NCBI GenBank assembly: GCA_000165425.1
Contig: CT868039.1
Span: 124,001-188,000 of the forward strand
Direction of reading: 5' to 3'
Length of the DNA stretch: 64,000 nucleotides
Source of the DNA: Paramecium tetraurelia
Taxonomy: Eukaryota
The translations under genes were made by a program, and so were the position numbers. Numbering within the stretch: the stretch's first letter is position 1; the number at the start of each line of letters is the position of its first letter. This document shows, piece after piece, positions 1-13,825 of this stretch. The notes under the pieces are model-generated. The model was given only the letters and a program-made list of their open reading frames with translations, did not search any database and was not told where the DNA came from.

Positions 1-213
1 TTAAACAGATGGAATTATTATCCTCGATAATAGCTAAGGAGTTTAAATTGCATCTCTTTGGCTTTGATATAATTGGTATGAATTGGGAGTTCTATATAAT
101 TGATATAAATCATTTTCCAGGATACAAGAATGTAAGATATTGTAGATGTGTTTTAGGTTGAAAATGCTAGGGAACTGTTTGAGTAGTTATTTCTGTAAGT
201 ATCAAAAAAGTGA
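1..213 (+). CDS. ITPK1: Inositol 1,3,4-trisphosphate 5/6-kinase, 3' end only
   Basis: Reads LHLFGFDIIG..FYIIDINHFPGYKN, then a 25-nt intron (132-156), then VENARELF...KK and TGA at 211-213. LFGFD and IDINxFPGY are ITPK1 ATP-grasp motifs. Confidence 0.85.
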
Positions 214-271
214 GGATCTGATAGAAGAGATTATAATTTATTATAAACATTTGTAAAATGATATTTGCTAA

Positions 272-1339
272 TCAAATTAATTTAGAAAATTCAGGGGCCA
301 AATTTATGATTTCAATTTCCTCTTCTTCATTTTATTAATGCTGAATTCTAGTGTTTCTCTTACTCGGAGTAGTGAGGATATATGAAACCTATTTGCTTTG
401 TCTTTTGGGACTGATCTGTTTTTATGAGGAATTGTAGGAGAGTTTTGAGCTATTTTACTTATTGTTCTCTCTGGGCTTGTATAGGTAGATTTGGTTATAG
501 TAGATGATATGCTATTTTTTGGGGGACTTGGGAGTTTTGGTTGGACTTTTCTTGGAGCTCTTTTTGTTATTGTTCTTTCTTCCCATTATTTGTCTATAGG
601 AATCATTGGGGTTGCAAGCCCATAATTTGAGTCTTGATTATTGTTATTGTTGGGTGTCTTCTGGGTATGAGATTTCAGGCAAATCCTTGATTTCTTATTC
701 AACATCATTGTTTAGTTTCTATTGGAGTTATTATTGGTTCTGATTTAAGATATTGAAGACTTCCTTTGATATGGGTTATTCGTAATACTATTGTAATTAC
801 TCGCTCTTATCTGTTTGATCTCCTTGGTTGTTGGACTCCATATAACGGTTTGAACTTGCTTTTGGAAATAGTTACTATTATTCTTATTTCTCCTAGAGCT
901 TGGTCATATCCAGCAGTTTGAATTGAATAGGCACAGGTGATAAATTTTTATGAGATGGCTTTTCTTTGCTCTTACTATTGATGTTGGATTGCTTCTTTTG
1001 CTGATAGAACCGTTCTTGGGATTCACTCATAATCTTTTCATGTGTTGAATGCACTTTGGTCAATTTAATCTCATTTAATTCTTTGATTGGAGTTTCCTTG
1101 CTTGGAGTATTGTCAGTGCCCCTGAAAGTGAACTTATTTTCTCTTTGAGGAGTAGGATTCATTTTCACAACTGAGTAGGAGAGTGGAGTACAAAGAGTCT
1201 TGGAGCGTAACTTGTAGAAGGAAGGAGAAAGGGATCGACAAGCAAATAAAGGTCTGGTCACAACAAATGCAGGGACAGGATGGAATTTGCGATCTATGGA
1301 GCTGAAATGTTAACGAATTTATTGAATCTGATATTGCAT
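272..1339 (-). CDS. Hypothetical low-complexity Ser/Lys/Gln-rich protein (355 aa)
   Basis: ATG at 1339 (MQYQIQQIRQHF) to TGA at 272-274, 1068 nt, in frame with track ORF 893-1261. No domain recognised. Confidence 0.7.
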
Positions 1340-1787
1340 TGTTTTATATATTAATGCATTCATCAAGAAAAATCAATATTTCTTAACCAACATAAACAGA
1401 ATCAGCATCTCAGGATAATATAACCATCAAATAATCGAATCCAAAATTTAGCAACTTGTGATAATTGCAATTACCAACGCAATAATATATACTCATATTC
1501 ATTTCCTACCTAAATGATTTATTTTATGTTTATCTAATCGTAATATCTCTCTCTATGGGTTCTAGCAAATAAATGCTAGATTGCTTATACTTATGTAATT
1601 GTCTTGTTACAAATGAATACTATATAGTATGTTAATGTATATTAAAAATTTAAATTTTAAATACTCAAAATATGTTGTGAAGTTCTTTGTATATAAGTGA
1701 AATAAGAATTCTATTGATTGATCTTAATTGCATAAATGTTTGAATCGACTGAATTCATAAAAATATTATTGATAATATAATTATAAA

Positions 1788-4700
1788 ATGAAAACTAAGG
1801 AACTTTGGACTTACACAATTGATAAGCCAAACGAGCCAAATTCAAATCTCACAAATCAAGTATTTGCTTGTGCATTTTTAAAAGGTAAAAGTGATTTAAT
1901 ATTATGAATAGACGGAGATGTTGTGGTTGCCGCTGTAGGGAATGCCCTCCTCTTATTTGATACTTAAAAATCTGAAATGCTAAGACCACCTCTAAGAGGA
2001 CAACATAAAGACACAATTACCTGTTTGGCTGCGTCTAAGGATGGAAATAAAATGGTTACAGGTAGTACAGATAAAACAGTTATCGTGTGGGGATTCAATA
2101 TCACTAGAGGTGAGAAGATGTTGGATGCCGAAAAATGGTTTTCACACAGCGAAGCCATACAGTGTGTTGCCATCAGTCCTTTGATGTATTAGATATTTAC
2201 AGGCTCAAATCAAGAGTACTCTTTATGGATTCCTGGAATGAGTAACATTGAAAGGTAGAAGTATAAGGAGAAAATAATATGTGCAGCTTGGAGTGCTGAT
2301 GGCCAGTATGTTTCATTTGGGACGTTGAGTGGTATATTTGAGTGCTTTTCATATTAGGAATGATTGTGATTACTGATAGACAAGCACATTAGTTGAAGGA
2401 GATTCAAACTCAGAAGGGGGGACCAGTCTGGTGTATGGAATGGACTCCAATAACTTCAGAATATCAGTAGTCGCAATTGACAGTCGGAGTGTGGATGAAT
2501 TCATTATATCAATTTGATTGCAATGGCTAATAAATTGGAGCTAGAACAGAATTACCATTCGATCCCTTGCATATCAATTATTAGTACAATGGTGAGTATA
2601 TGGCAATAGCTGGAAATAATAATAAGATTAACCTCTATACAAGAGAGGGTGGATTCTTAATGGAAGCCTGTTCTCTTAATGACTGGGTCTGGTGCAGTAA
2701 GATAAAACCAAAATCCACATTAATTGTATGTGGCACTAATGATGGTGACATCGTAGTGTAAGAATTACTATCAGAGAATGTTACTGCACTATATGATGAT
2801 AAGTTTGTTTAGAGAGAACAATTAACTGATGCTATCATATTGTCGATGATTTCTAATTAGAAGGCGAGAATCAAATGTAAGGAATTAGTCAAAAGAGTGG
2901 CCATATTCAAGGAGAAAGTGGCCATCTTGTGTGGCATCAAGGTTTTGATTTACACTTGTGTTATTAAAGGAGAGGATTTCATGAAATACAAGCAATTCAA
3001 GAAATTTTAGAAGAGAGTGGATTGTGAGCACTTCTAATTGGCATCATCAAATGTTTTGATTGGAGCAGGCTAGAAATTAATTGCATTCAATTTTAATGGA
3101 GATATGGACAAGACTTGGAGTTTCGAATCTCCTATTACTGTAGTTACTTGTCAAGGTGGTGCTCCAAAGCGAGAACTAGTTTTAGTTGGGTTGGAGAATG
3201 GAGGTGTCTACAAAATCTTTTTGGATAATTCATTCCCTATATAAATTCATAAAGTTAATACTCCTATTAAATATTTGACTATGTCTTAAACTAAGAGAAA
3301 ATTGGCATTGATAGATGGCAATTAGAATTTATAAGTACTAGATACTATAAGTAAAGAAATTTTGTTTGGGGAAATGAGTGTCGAAGGTGTTGCTTTTAAT
3401 CAAGAATTTGAGGATTTGATTGCTTATTCAGGTAAGGGATTGTTGTTTTTCAAATGCATTACATTCCCAGCTCTAAATTAAAAGATAACTGGTAATGTTA
3501 TAGGGTTCAAGGGATGCAAGTTATTTCTCCAAAATAATAACTAAGTCTAGACCATTGATATCCAATAAACAGCCAATATGCAAAGATATCTGGAGAAGAA
3601 GGATTTCTAGAATGCCTTGAAGATAGCTTGTCTTGGTGTGACAGAGTAGGATATTAGGGCTTTGGGAATAGAGGCTTTGATAGCAGGGGAGTTTGAAATT
3701 GCAAGAAGAGTATAAGAGAATTTAATTATTTTAGTGTTTTTTGAGAAATAAGGATTACTAATTCATCGATTTGCTATTGAAATATGAGAAGAAAAATATG
3801 GATGCTCAGGCACTGAACGAATTAAACGCAGAGGCTTTGGCATATCAAGGGAGATTCATGGATGCTGGTAATCTCTTAATAAAGGTTGGGTAGGCTGATA
3901 GAGCAGTGTAGTTATTTAAAGAATTAAGGAGATGGGATGATGCCATAAGTAAGTAATTATAGTATTGTAGACTTCGCAAAAAAGGGAGATGTTGCTTATA
4001 GAGCAGTGACATCTGGAGGAAGAACTGGCACTGGAGTTAGAGCACCAACTTCATAAGGAAGAACAGGGACAGGCAGGGGGTAGGCTGTCATGCCATAACC
4101 CTAAGATATAGCACCTCCGAAGATAGAGATGAATATGTTGTTGAGAGAACAAGCTGAATGGACCAAAGAATCGGGAGATTGGAAGGCTGCAGCTGATTTG
4201 TTTGTCACTTGTGGAGAATTTAAGAAGGCTATTGAGTTGTACGGATAGAATAAATATTTGGAAGGGTTGATCAATGTTTGCAGAATGTTGGACAGATAAG
4301 AGAATTCAGATAATATAGTTTTGTGTGCTAATTATTTCAAGAAACTCAAACATCATGGAGGTGCGAAGGAAGCTTATCTTAAATTAAATGATTTGAAGAA
4401 CCTTATGACTTTACATGTCGAATTCCAAAAATGGCAAGAAGCCTTTTAGATTGGGAGATCCAATAAGGAACTACTGGAAATTGCCAAAGTACCCTATGCT
4501 GACTACTTATTGCTAAATGATCGCTATGAGGATGCTCTCAAGGCTTATAAGAGTGCAGGCAGATTCGATATTACAATGAAGATGACCAAAGATATGGCCA
4601 AAAATTGTATAGAAGAACAAAGATATCATGATGCTAGTCAATACTTATGGAATCTAGCCATTGATTGTTTGTCTTAAATTCAAGATTATTAAAATCCATC

Positions 4701-5642
4701 AGGGGATGATGTGAAAGCCATCACCTAATACAAGGACTACAGCGATTTAGCAGATGTCTATTATGCATATCAAAAGATACACAGCTTCATTTGCGAACCA
4801 TTTCAACCGTTATCAGGAGAATCTTATTTCTTGTAAATTATGAATTCTGCCAGATTTATCATCTCCAAATGGAAGAGTGTCTATCAGGGTATAAAAATGA
4901 GTTATGTCTATTATGCCTTAGCTAAGTGTGCAGTTCAACTTGCATGTTTCAAGACTGCTCGTATATGTTATGAAAAATTGAATGTAATTCATTTACAGTA
5001 TTCTATTAGCAATTCAAAATACCTGCTGAATGGAGTGAAGAAATAGATCTTCAATCCCTATTAGTTAGATCAAAACCATATACAGACGATGAATCCAAAT
5101 TGCCACTCTGTATGAGATGCTAAACTTACAATGCCATCATTAATGTTAATGAAAAATTGTAGTTTTGCAATGCTTGTTTACATCCTCTCTTTTGCTCCTT
5201 CATCAGCTTCTAGACTCTCCCACTTGTTGAGTTCAAAGTTGATAATACCTTATAGAGAGATGATGTGCAAAGATTGCTTAACAGTGAGAAGGTATTCGTC
5301 AATAAGAGACCAGGATAATTATTCTAAGATAAAGTCAATGAAATTATTCAATAATAACAAACATCCCAAGACCAATACTTGGTGGTGGAATTGGATGAGG
5401 CTGCAGTTCAATCACTTTCACCAGAAGAAGTTTTGATTGTAGATTATAGACAATATTGCAGTACTATTGATGTCAAATACTATAAAAACATGGTTGGAGA
5501 ATAACCTATTCATGTTTGTCCTGATTGTGGAAGATTCTTCTATGTTGATGAACATGAATTCGAATATGTCCAAAAACGGTGCTGTCCATTTTGTAGAATT
5601 TCAGATAAAAAAATACCACAGAAGGATGTTTTTGATATTTGA
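1788..5642 (+). CDS. IFT122: Intraflagellar transport protein 122 (IFT-A; WD40, TPR and C-terminal Zn fingers)
   Basis: LRGQHKDTITCLAASKDGNKMVTGSTDKTVIVW, HSEAIQCVAISP, CAAWSADGQY, IACLGVTEQD, and C-terminal CPDCGRFF..CCPFCR. Several tiny introns; TGA at 5640-5642. Confidence 0.95.
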
Positions 5643-5671
5643 AATATAATAAATAATTAAAAATATAAAAA

Positions 5672-6085
5672 ATGAATCAGATCAATCCTAGGCTTCAAAG
5701 TGGCATTCAACAAGGATAAACTTTCACTATTTAAGGTTAAACTAAAAATCCAAATTTCCCAGGAATGCCCTAAGTTATACCCTAAGGTATGCCATAAGGT
5801 ATACAATAAGGTATGCAATAAGGTATGCAATAAGGTATGCCATAAGGTATGCCATAAGGTATGCAATAAGGTATGCAATAAGGTATGCCATAAGGTATGC
5901 CTTAAGGTATGCCATAAGGTATGCCATAAGGTTTACCTCCCTAAACTTTCAAATAGCCTTCATAAAATGATGGAATGTTGGAAGTTATTAATTAAGCTAG
6001 AAATAGAGAAACATAAAGAAAAGAAGAATGCCTAAAGAAGATGGCATTGATTAATGCGAATTTTGGTGAGAAAAACTACACTTGA
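5672..6085 (+). CDS. Small Gln/Gly/Met/Pro repeat protein (137 aa, QGM[PQ] repeats)
   Basis: MNQINPRLQSGIQQG...(QGMP/QGMQ)n...MLEVINQARNRETQRKECLKKMALINANFGEKNYT*. 414 nt with no intron in code 6. Confidence 0.75.
5771..5938 (+). repeat. 14 x 12-bp coding tandem repeat TAAGGTATGC(C/A)A
   Basis: Units counted directly; each begins with TAA (Gln), and the first, third and last are more diverged. Confidence 0.95.
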
Positions 6086-7339
6086 AAATTCATATTCCAT
6101 TTTCTATTAATATTTTTATAATATACTTTTCTAATTACATCTTATTATTTTATGAGTATAAAACTATTTGGTTACCACTAACATATTGAAGAAGACATGA
6201 GAAAGAAGCTAAGCAAAGCCTAAATTATCATTGGATAATATAATTCCCTTTGTTCAAGATGCTTAATTAAAAATAATGCAATCATAGTAATATAAATCCT
6301 TGAATTACCTTTCTATTTTTCTTCTTCTATTTTATTTAAATTTAGTTTTTTGATCAAATGACAGCAAATTCTATCAGATGTGATAAATCTTTATTATCTA
6401 GAACTTATTATTCTATTAGGAAAAATATATAAATAATTTAATTTTTATTATTAAATAAACATTGATATATATAGCCTAAATGAATATAAATACAGTTTTG
6501 AATTTAATTTTCTGAATGATTTGTTCTCTAAAAGAAATTACTTTATTTTTTTAAAATCCAATACAGAACTAATATGACAAAAAATCCTATCTCAAAAATT
6601 AAATGGAAAAATTATACGCTTAAACCATTAATGTAAATTAATTCAAGATCTAAAAATTTTTAAATGTCTAACAAAACAAATATAAATTACATAAATATAA
6701 AAAAGTCACTCTATTCAAGTTAAAAAAAATCAGAAATGTAAAATCAATATTATTTATACGAAGAATTAGAATTACTAAAAAAAAGTTAAGACAATATATT
6801 GTTAAAATTATTCTGATTGAAAAAAGGTTAATCAAAATTATTAACTTTAATACTTAAAGCTTTATAATAAATATAATAGAAACTTCCAATAAGGCAATAT
6901 ATCGAAAAAATATATAAATTGTAAATTTATATTTTAAGATATCCATATTGAGACAAGATATCATTATGTCTATATAATCAGTTCCTCATTCTTTATTTGT
7001 GTATAAGAACTTCGTTGAAAAAAGTATTGTATTTTATATTTAAATTTAAATGTTAGCTAAAAATGAATAGATTTACAATTATTTCTCCTAATCGTTCTTA
7101 AAATAATTATATAAAAAATAGGTAATTTGGGTCATTTTGATATTGAAAAATTAAAATACTTACTATCCATATTTTAGTTTATACCTTCACTTCATAACAT
7201 TAAATCCTATTTAAATAACTCAAAATTATTTGAGGAGACAATATTATGATAGGCAGGATTCAGTAATAAATGTAACATTATTATCTCACACAGAAACAAA
7301 TAAATTAATAATGTAATTAAATTATTATGAATTTATATT

Positions 7340-8782
7340 TCACAAAATCTTATTTGCATAATAATAGTCTATTTCATTATATAACTCTTCTGAAATTGGA
7401 TCATAAATTTTATCAGTTTTCCTTCTGGAGTAGGATAATATGTCTGCATCATCATCGTTTAAGATATAATTATTTTCATAATCTTTTTCTGACTTCGGAG
7501 TGAGAATTATTTCACTATCCTTTTACTAAAGCGTACTTATCTTTATTCCTATTTAATGAGATTTCTGAAATTCATATCTAAATTTTGATGATCTCATTAC
7601 AAAATACAGTCTAGATATTTCATACAATAAATTCAAATAACTAAACTTTTGTTGCATTTAGCTAGAAACTTTCTCATAAAATTTCGTATAATTATTAATA
7701 TCTAGTTTTATCTGATTTAAACTTGCTTCGGTCACTCTTCCTCTCCAATTCTTTTTTATTTGTATATTTTTAAATTCTGGGTAATAAAAACTTATGATCT
7801 CTTTTAATACTTTTTGATTTAAAAAATATTCATTTAAGAAAATAATGAAGTATTTGATCATAAATAGTATTGATACAATTGATCCAATATTTGCTAATAG
7901 ATCTCCTAATCGTGGATATTCTAATGTGGTTTTAACTTAGGTTCCTGTCATTCCAAGATAGACTATTCCAATTGCCTCAGTTTCATACGCTTTTTAACAA
8001 AATTCTAAAGAATTCGTTTAGGTTTGTAGTAACACATCTACAATATATTCCTTGAATTAAGGGTAGCCAAATAAAAAGTAGTTTTAGAGCTCAAATAAGG
8101 TTGTCTTAAAATAAGATTACACAAAAGAGCAATATTTTTCTTCTATTTAAATGGTGAATTCTTGGTATCCACGTTATTTCTTTCCATCTCGGGGATCTAT
8201 TGATGTCGTGAAAAATTCAAGCTAAACTACATTATTTGATTATGCAAAGAACTTTTGTTTAAGTTCTGGTGATGCACATTTTTCACCAGGTTTTAAATAA
8301 ATTTCTGAACACATTACTATTTCTATATACATATCACTTGTTGCATATATGTAACCATCGTAATAAGAAAAATCAAATTACATTTTCGGTACATAAACTT
8401 CTCCAAATGGTGCAGCGCTATGATTTGAAATTAATTAAGGCTATGTTAATGTATTGTTAACTGTGTATACTATTAATGGCAATAAAATATTATTTGTAAA
8501 TGGGTCGATTTTGCCTTTCTGATCTTACCAATAGTATACTCTTACTACTTCTTCACTCAAATCTAGCAAAGAATAGTCAGATATGTAATTTTAACGAGAT
8601 ATTTTTGGGCTCATCTAATTAGTTTACCAAAGATAGCCAATCCAAAATACATAAGCTAAACTTGCTGTAAAGATTGTAATTGTTATTATTCCTCCAAGTG
8701 TACTTTTGTATTTTGTTTATGAATCATCTATATTTTATACAAATGGAACCCCAAAGCAATCTGCCTATTTTAGAATTTTCAT
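7340..8782 (-). CDS. Two-transmembrane protein with a large luminal loop (480 aa, ciliate family)
   Basis: MKILKQADCFGVPF..KYKSTLGGIITITIFTASLAYVFWIGYLW (TM1) and YPRLGDLLANIGSIVSILFMIKYFII (TM2). 1443 nt, in frame with track ORF 7658-7861. Confidence 0.8.
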
Positions 8783-10559
8783 AAATTAAAATCTTAAAAA
8801 TAATGATAATATAATTGATAGGTCTTAAAAAAGATATTTTGAGGAAATCACATGACCTGAATTCAAAATCTATCGTTTTTATTAAACAGCGATTTAATTA
8901 AACTATTATAGTTAGAAAAAAGTTTAAGCAAGAATCTTTCACTTAAAAAAAGAGATCAAAACATTCTGAAGAAAGTGTTTGAGAGAATGTGCAACGTAGT
9001 TTGTAACATTATATGAATTCTTTTTGGAAAATTACACCTGATTTCTGATTGTAGCATTATTTTTTATAACTTATCAATTAAAGAGAAACAGATCAATTAT
9101 TCATATTACATTTAAATTTCAGCTAAATTAGTTATGAAAGGATATCGCCAAAAACTCAATTTTTAAGTATGGAATAAAATAAGAAAAATATTATTTAATT
9201 TTATCATTTATACTTCCTAAATGAATAACAAAGAGAGAAGAAGAATTTGCAACTTTTTCAAATTATTTTCTAAATGTTTTCCCAAGATAGACCAAAAATA
9301 AAATTATAAAAGGAAGGGAGAGGCTGGCTAATAAAATAAATCAAAATAATGTCTGTTCCTGAATAGAGAGCATTTCAGATTGTAAATTTTATTTATCTTC
9401 AATAAGACCATTGGGACTATCTTAAGATTGCTTGAGATAACATAAGGACTTAGAATGATAAAAATGGTTGCATTTCAAAATAAAAAGCAGTATATGTACG
9501 AAAATATTTAAACACGAACGAAAACTGTTTTTTTAAGAAAAAGAAGTTAATTTAAAAAGTTCTAAAAATTTTATTAGAAACAGTATTTGGACTTTTTATA
9601 ATTCGTTAAATAGAAAGGTTTTTCTTAAATTTGGTTATGTCTGTTTTGTCTATTACATTTAAGAACATTTTTGAAAATCTTATTTTTAGTATATACTTAG
9701 TATTTTAAGAAAAAGGCTTGCATATCATAATATTTTCATAACATAATTTTTTAATTTCGAAATTATCAAATAGAGGAATTTGATTTTTTGGTTTATAGGT
9801 AATGAATCTCATATTTAGGAAATCAACAATAACTTCTAGGTGATTAAAACATGAATATTATTAAAAAGATTTTTCTTTAGAATTGAAATACTATTTCTAA
9901 TTTATAGTAAATCATAGAATTGATGACTATTTTGATATTTATGATGAATAAAATTTTAGCTAAAAATTTTGAGACTAAGGTAATATTGAAAAATAAAATT
10001 TTGGAATGGTTCATTTAACTAAGATAAAAGTATATATTTTATTTAGTAGGATAATATAAATTAGGATTAACTAAAAGTAATTACATAATTAAAAAGATTA
10101 GGAATATAAAAATTATATATAGGCTGTTGTTCAAGAAAATAATGAAAGAGTTTCTAGGATTAGTAGGATGAAGAGAGGCAATTTATTTATGCGACCGTTC
10201 AAGTTGTCTGAGGATGGCAAAATTTGTAATTTTTATTATATTTGTTGAAAATTAATCTAATATTTATATTAAAGTATTATTAAATATTTAGAAATACTTT
10301 TGACATCAAATAAATGAAAATTTATAATGTCATTTATAATATTATTTCTTCTCTAAGGATATCCTTATATGGAAACAAATATTATACAAATAATTGATCA
10401 TTTCATTTAACAGTTAAGAATTATACGCTCAATCAGAATTGAATATATTTTTTACATAAGCACTCAATAAGTATTTTGTTTAGGAGATATATATATGTAT
10501 AAAAATAAATTCAAAAAATACACTATTTTGAATTAAATTAATATTGTTAAATTATTTTA

Positions 10560-12244
10560 ATGGGGGTTTGTAGTTCATCCAAAAAGTGTGAAAGCAAGAG
10601 CAGCTCCAAGAATAATTTTAATCCAGCTTTGACCAACACTGCTGAAGTTCAACAAACCCTTAGAGAAACCATTCTTACCATAAACGAATAGAGGATAAAT
10701 TAAAACCAAACCGTCTAGAGAAAATTGAAAAAAGCAGGCACTTTGAGTTATTTTGAATACAAACAAGATCAAATATCCACGGACAAACAATAAAGTAAAA
10801 TCTACTTATTAAGTCTATAGGAAGTAACAGGAAGATAGTTTAGAAGGTACCTCAACTTAGAATCAAAGTCACTGACGCAATTGCTTCAAAAGACTATTCT
10901 GTGTATAAGGGGAAGGTCAAGATAGCCGAAAAATCGACTCTTCGGGTTATGTAACACAACAGTGATGGATAACTAGTAATTATGGAACAATTACCCTATG
11001 ATTAAGAGGGAAAGGATTATATTGAATGGCTCCAAAAAACCAATTTGGTACTTATTATCTGTGATTTTTATTAGGACTTTTATCATATTGGAAAGATTCA
11101 TGAAATCTTTATATTTGGAAAACAATTTTAGATAATTAGTGAATTTTGCACAGGAGGTCCTCTATCCTTGTTATTGCACAGCAAGCTATCAGAGCAGGTA
11201 GTTAGTAACATTATGGATTAAATATTTGAGATCATCAACTTCCTTCACTCGAATAAGTTGGTTCACAATAAGTTGACAATAGATAGTTTTTCTTTTTATT
11301 ACGATTTGTAAAATTATTTGATTAAGTTGACTGATATAAGGAGTTTACATAAACCTTTACGAGAACCTTAACTTCAAATCATTTAATATGCCTCTCCTGA
11401 AGTTCTATCTGTCTACTCCCAACATCCTCACAAATCAAGCGACATCTGGTCCCTAGGAATTATTGCCTATCAATTAATGACCAGAAATTTCATTTATGAA
11501 AGGAATCAAGATTTGACTACTATCCAAGAAGTCAAATCGGCAATTCTTAGGTGGACAGCTAAATAAGACCTAAAGGATGAAGTGTCTTAATGTTTTGAAG
11601 ATCTAATTTTTAAAATGCTTCATTCTGATAAAAATTAAAGATTTAAAATAGAAGAATGCCAAAAACACGAGTTTATTGTAAAGCATTAGAATAAAAACTT
11701 GAATTGCTTTTTTAAACACTAATTTACTGAGGAATTCAATAGTAAATTGTAAAGATGGCTCATGATTTATCTTGTAAATCACTATGAACACTCTCATCAT
11801 CATGTAGCACATAGGATTTTTGATTTTTTGGATAAGGACAAGGATGGAAAGTTGAATGTAACAGAATTGTAAGAATTCGAACGAAAACTAAAGTAAGCAT
11901 AAGGATAGGATATGAACATCAAAGTAATATAGAATTTGATTGGAAAAGAAGTGGAATTAGGATTGGAGGATTTCATTCTGATGTTTTCTAATAAATCTCT
12001 GTACATTACCCATCACAATATCCATCATAGTTTTAAGAAATTAGCTAATAAAAGCTCAGAAATTACTGTAAAATCTTTGTCAAAAATACTCAATATTTCA
12101 GAAGAGGAAATAACAGAGGAATTCAAGAATCATCAACTCTATTATGAGGTATCTTTTCAATATTCTATAATAGTCTTATAGCATTCCTTTGGAATTTGCA
12201 TAATATGAGACGATTATGAATTAGATTCTGGTAGTTTAAAATGA
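10560..12244 (+). CDS. CDPK-like pseudokinase with EF-hand
   Basis: Starts MGVCSS. Kinase fold EFCTGGPL, LHSNKLVHNKLTIDSF, IKLTDIRS, YASPE, DIWSLGII; EF-hand DKDKDGKLNVTE. Tiny introns; TGA at 12242-12244. Confidence 0.8.
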
Positions 12245-12282
12245 GTTTTAATGAAATTTAATTGATTATATCATTAATAAAA

Positions 12283-12717
12283 ATGCTAAATTTGTTTAAT
12301 TCTTTAGAGAATACTCAAAAGGTTCCATTTCAATTAAGAAGATATCGCCCTTCCTTAACAATTCAAAGTGAACCTAAAAATTAAATAACTAGATAACACA
12401 CAATTTAAGATCTTTTGAACTTCAAATTGGCAGGCAACATTACTCCTGCACAACCTTTAATTCAAAGAAAAATCAGTATGAGGCCATCATTAAAGTTGGC
12501 CAAAATTACTCCTTTTGTGACTGAATCAGGAGATAATTGCACTCCTCTTATAAAAAGAACTATCTCTCTGGAGAACACCAAGAAAGTTGACTTTCACCCT
12601 TCAGTCTTGGTGATTTACTCAGAGAATGGAATTAAGAAGAGAGAGAAGTTAGTTGATGAATTTAAAGTTAAAAGAAGAGGAACCAGAAAAAACTGTATAA
12701 TAATTCAAAAAAAATGA
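12283..12717 (+). CDS. Small basic protein with RPSL and KVxF motifs (144 aa)
   Basis: ATG 12283 is in frame with track ORF 12415-12717. Contains YRPSL, MRPSLKL and KKVDFHPSVLVIYSENG. Confidence 0.8.
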
Positions 12718-12796
12718 GTATCCAAATAAACCGATTTGATGATAATATTGAGTATAGATTAACCAATAAGTATAAAGGCTTTTTTATTTAAATCTT

Positions 12797-13825
12797 TCAC
12801 TTTAATAGCTTTTTAATATGTTTAATTTATGATTCATAATTAATTTGATCAAAATTGTATCCATTTTCTAATTAATATTTATAGAGTGTATAGTAACAAA
12901 CTACTTTATCACATACTTTCACATACCTGTCATCATTCTACTACAATTTCATCCTTTTCTGGATATCTTCATCAATATTCTATAATTAAATCCAAATGAT
13001 GTCATTGAAAAGTTAAATAAATTTCTATTCATTACGGTACAATCCAGTAGAATAAAAGAAGCTTCGATGAATATCTAAGGGTCTTAATTTCTATAAACAC
13101 CAACCACACTAATCCATGAAACAGATTGAACTAGTATTATCTTCCCAATTGTACAACTTTTTAACTATTAATTCACTCTCACATAACAAATCTACTTATA
13201 TTTCATCTTTTAAATCTTTCAGAAAACTACGATTAATTACAATAAAGATTTCGATTAAGAAGTATTAATTATCCCTAATCAATTGAATTGATCAAATCAT
13301 GTAATCTAACCATAAAAATTTGTATGTTCGACTAGATGATGTCAGCAATTCCGTTAGATGATGTCAGTAATTTTATTGGGATTCCTAATTCTTATTGTTA
13401 CTTATAACTCAATATGAATGATGCATCCTCATAAAATACAACCTATTTGATAGTTCTATATTTTAGAATTAATTATAGAGCTATTATTAAATTGTTGTGT
13501 GTTCATTTGAGTGATTTAGATTAAGATTTAGATTTCTAGAAGTATCAGACTTGTAAAGGTATTTTCTATTTTACAATTCTGTTTTTAGAATATCAATTTA
13601 TAATGTTGCAATTGGAAGTTACTTTGAATTGTTTAAATTTTGATCAAATCTGATTCATTTACAGTTGACATTAAGTTTTCTTATTTATTCTCATCTGTAG
13701 AATGATGGATTGAGCAATTCTCAATGGTCTAAATTTGAAATCAATTGTTCTTTATTTAGTTTCTATTTTTCTTAGGATAGTTTCTGAATAGACAATTAAC
13801 AATCTTATTGAATTTGGTTTTTCAT
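12797..13825 (-). pseudogene. Probable frameshifted gene relic
   Basis: About 140 open codons end ..CGWCLQKLRPLD..KHIKKLLK* at 12797. Upstream coding-like pieces need at least two frame changes with no intron to explain them. The 5' limit is approximate. Confidence 0.4.

Noticed and set aside
1561..1580. 7-bp inverted repeat TCTAGCA..TGCTAGA upstream of IFT122
   Set aside because: Too short to distinguish from chance, and no second copy was noticed.
5771..5938. CRISPR-like array, or the Cys/His-rich CHKV protein in the ORF track
   Set aside because: The 12-bp units have no spacers; the sensible reading is QGM[PQ] in code 6, and CHKV is another frame.
6152..6361. 69-aa ORF after the repeat gene
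   Set aside because: Short, with no motif or other support.
9134..9805. 223-codon code-6 open frame in a long AT-rich spacer
   Set aside because: No recognisable motif and intergenic-like composition; with one stop codon such frames arise by chance. Needs RNA evidence.
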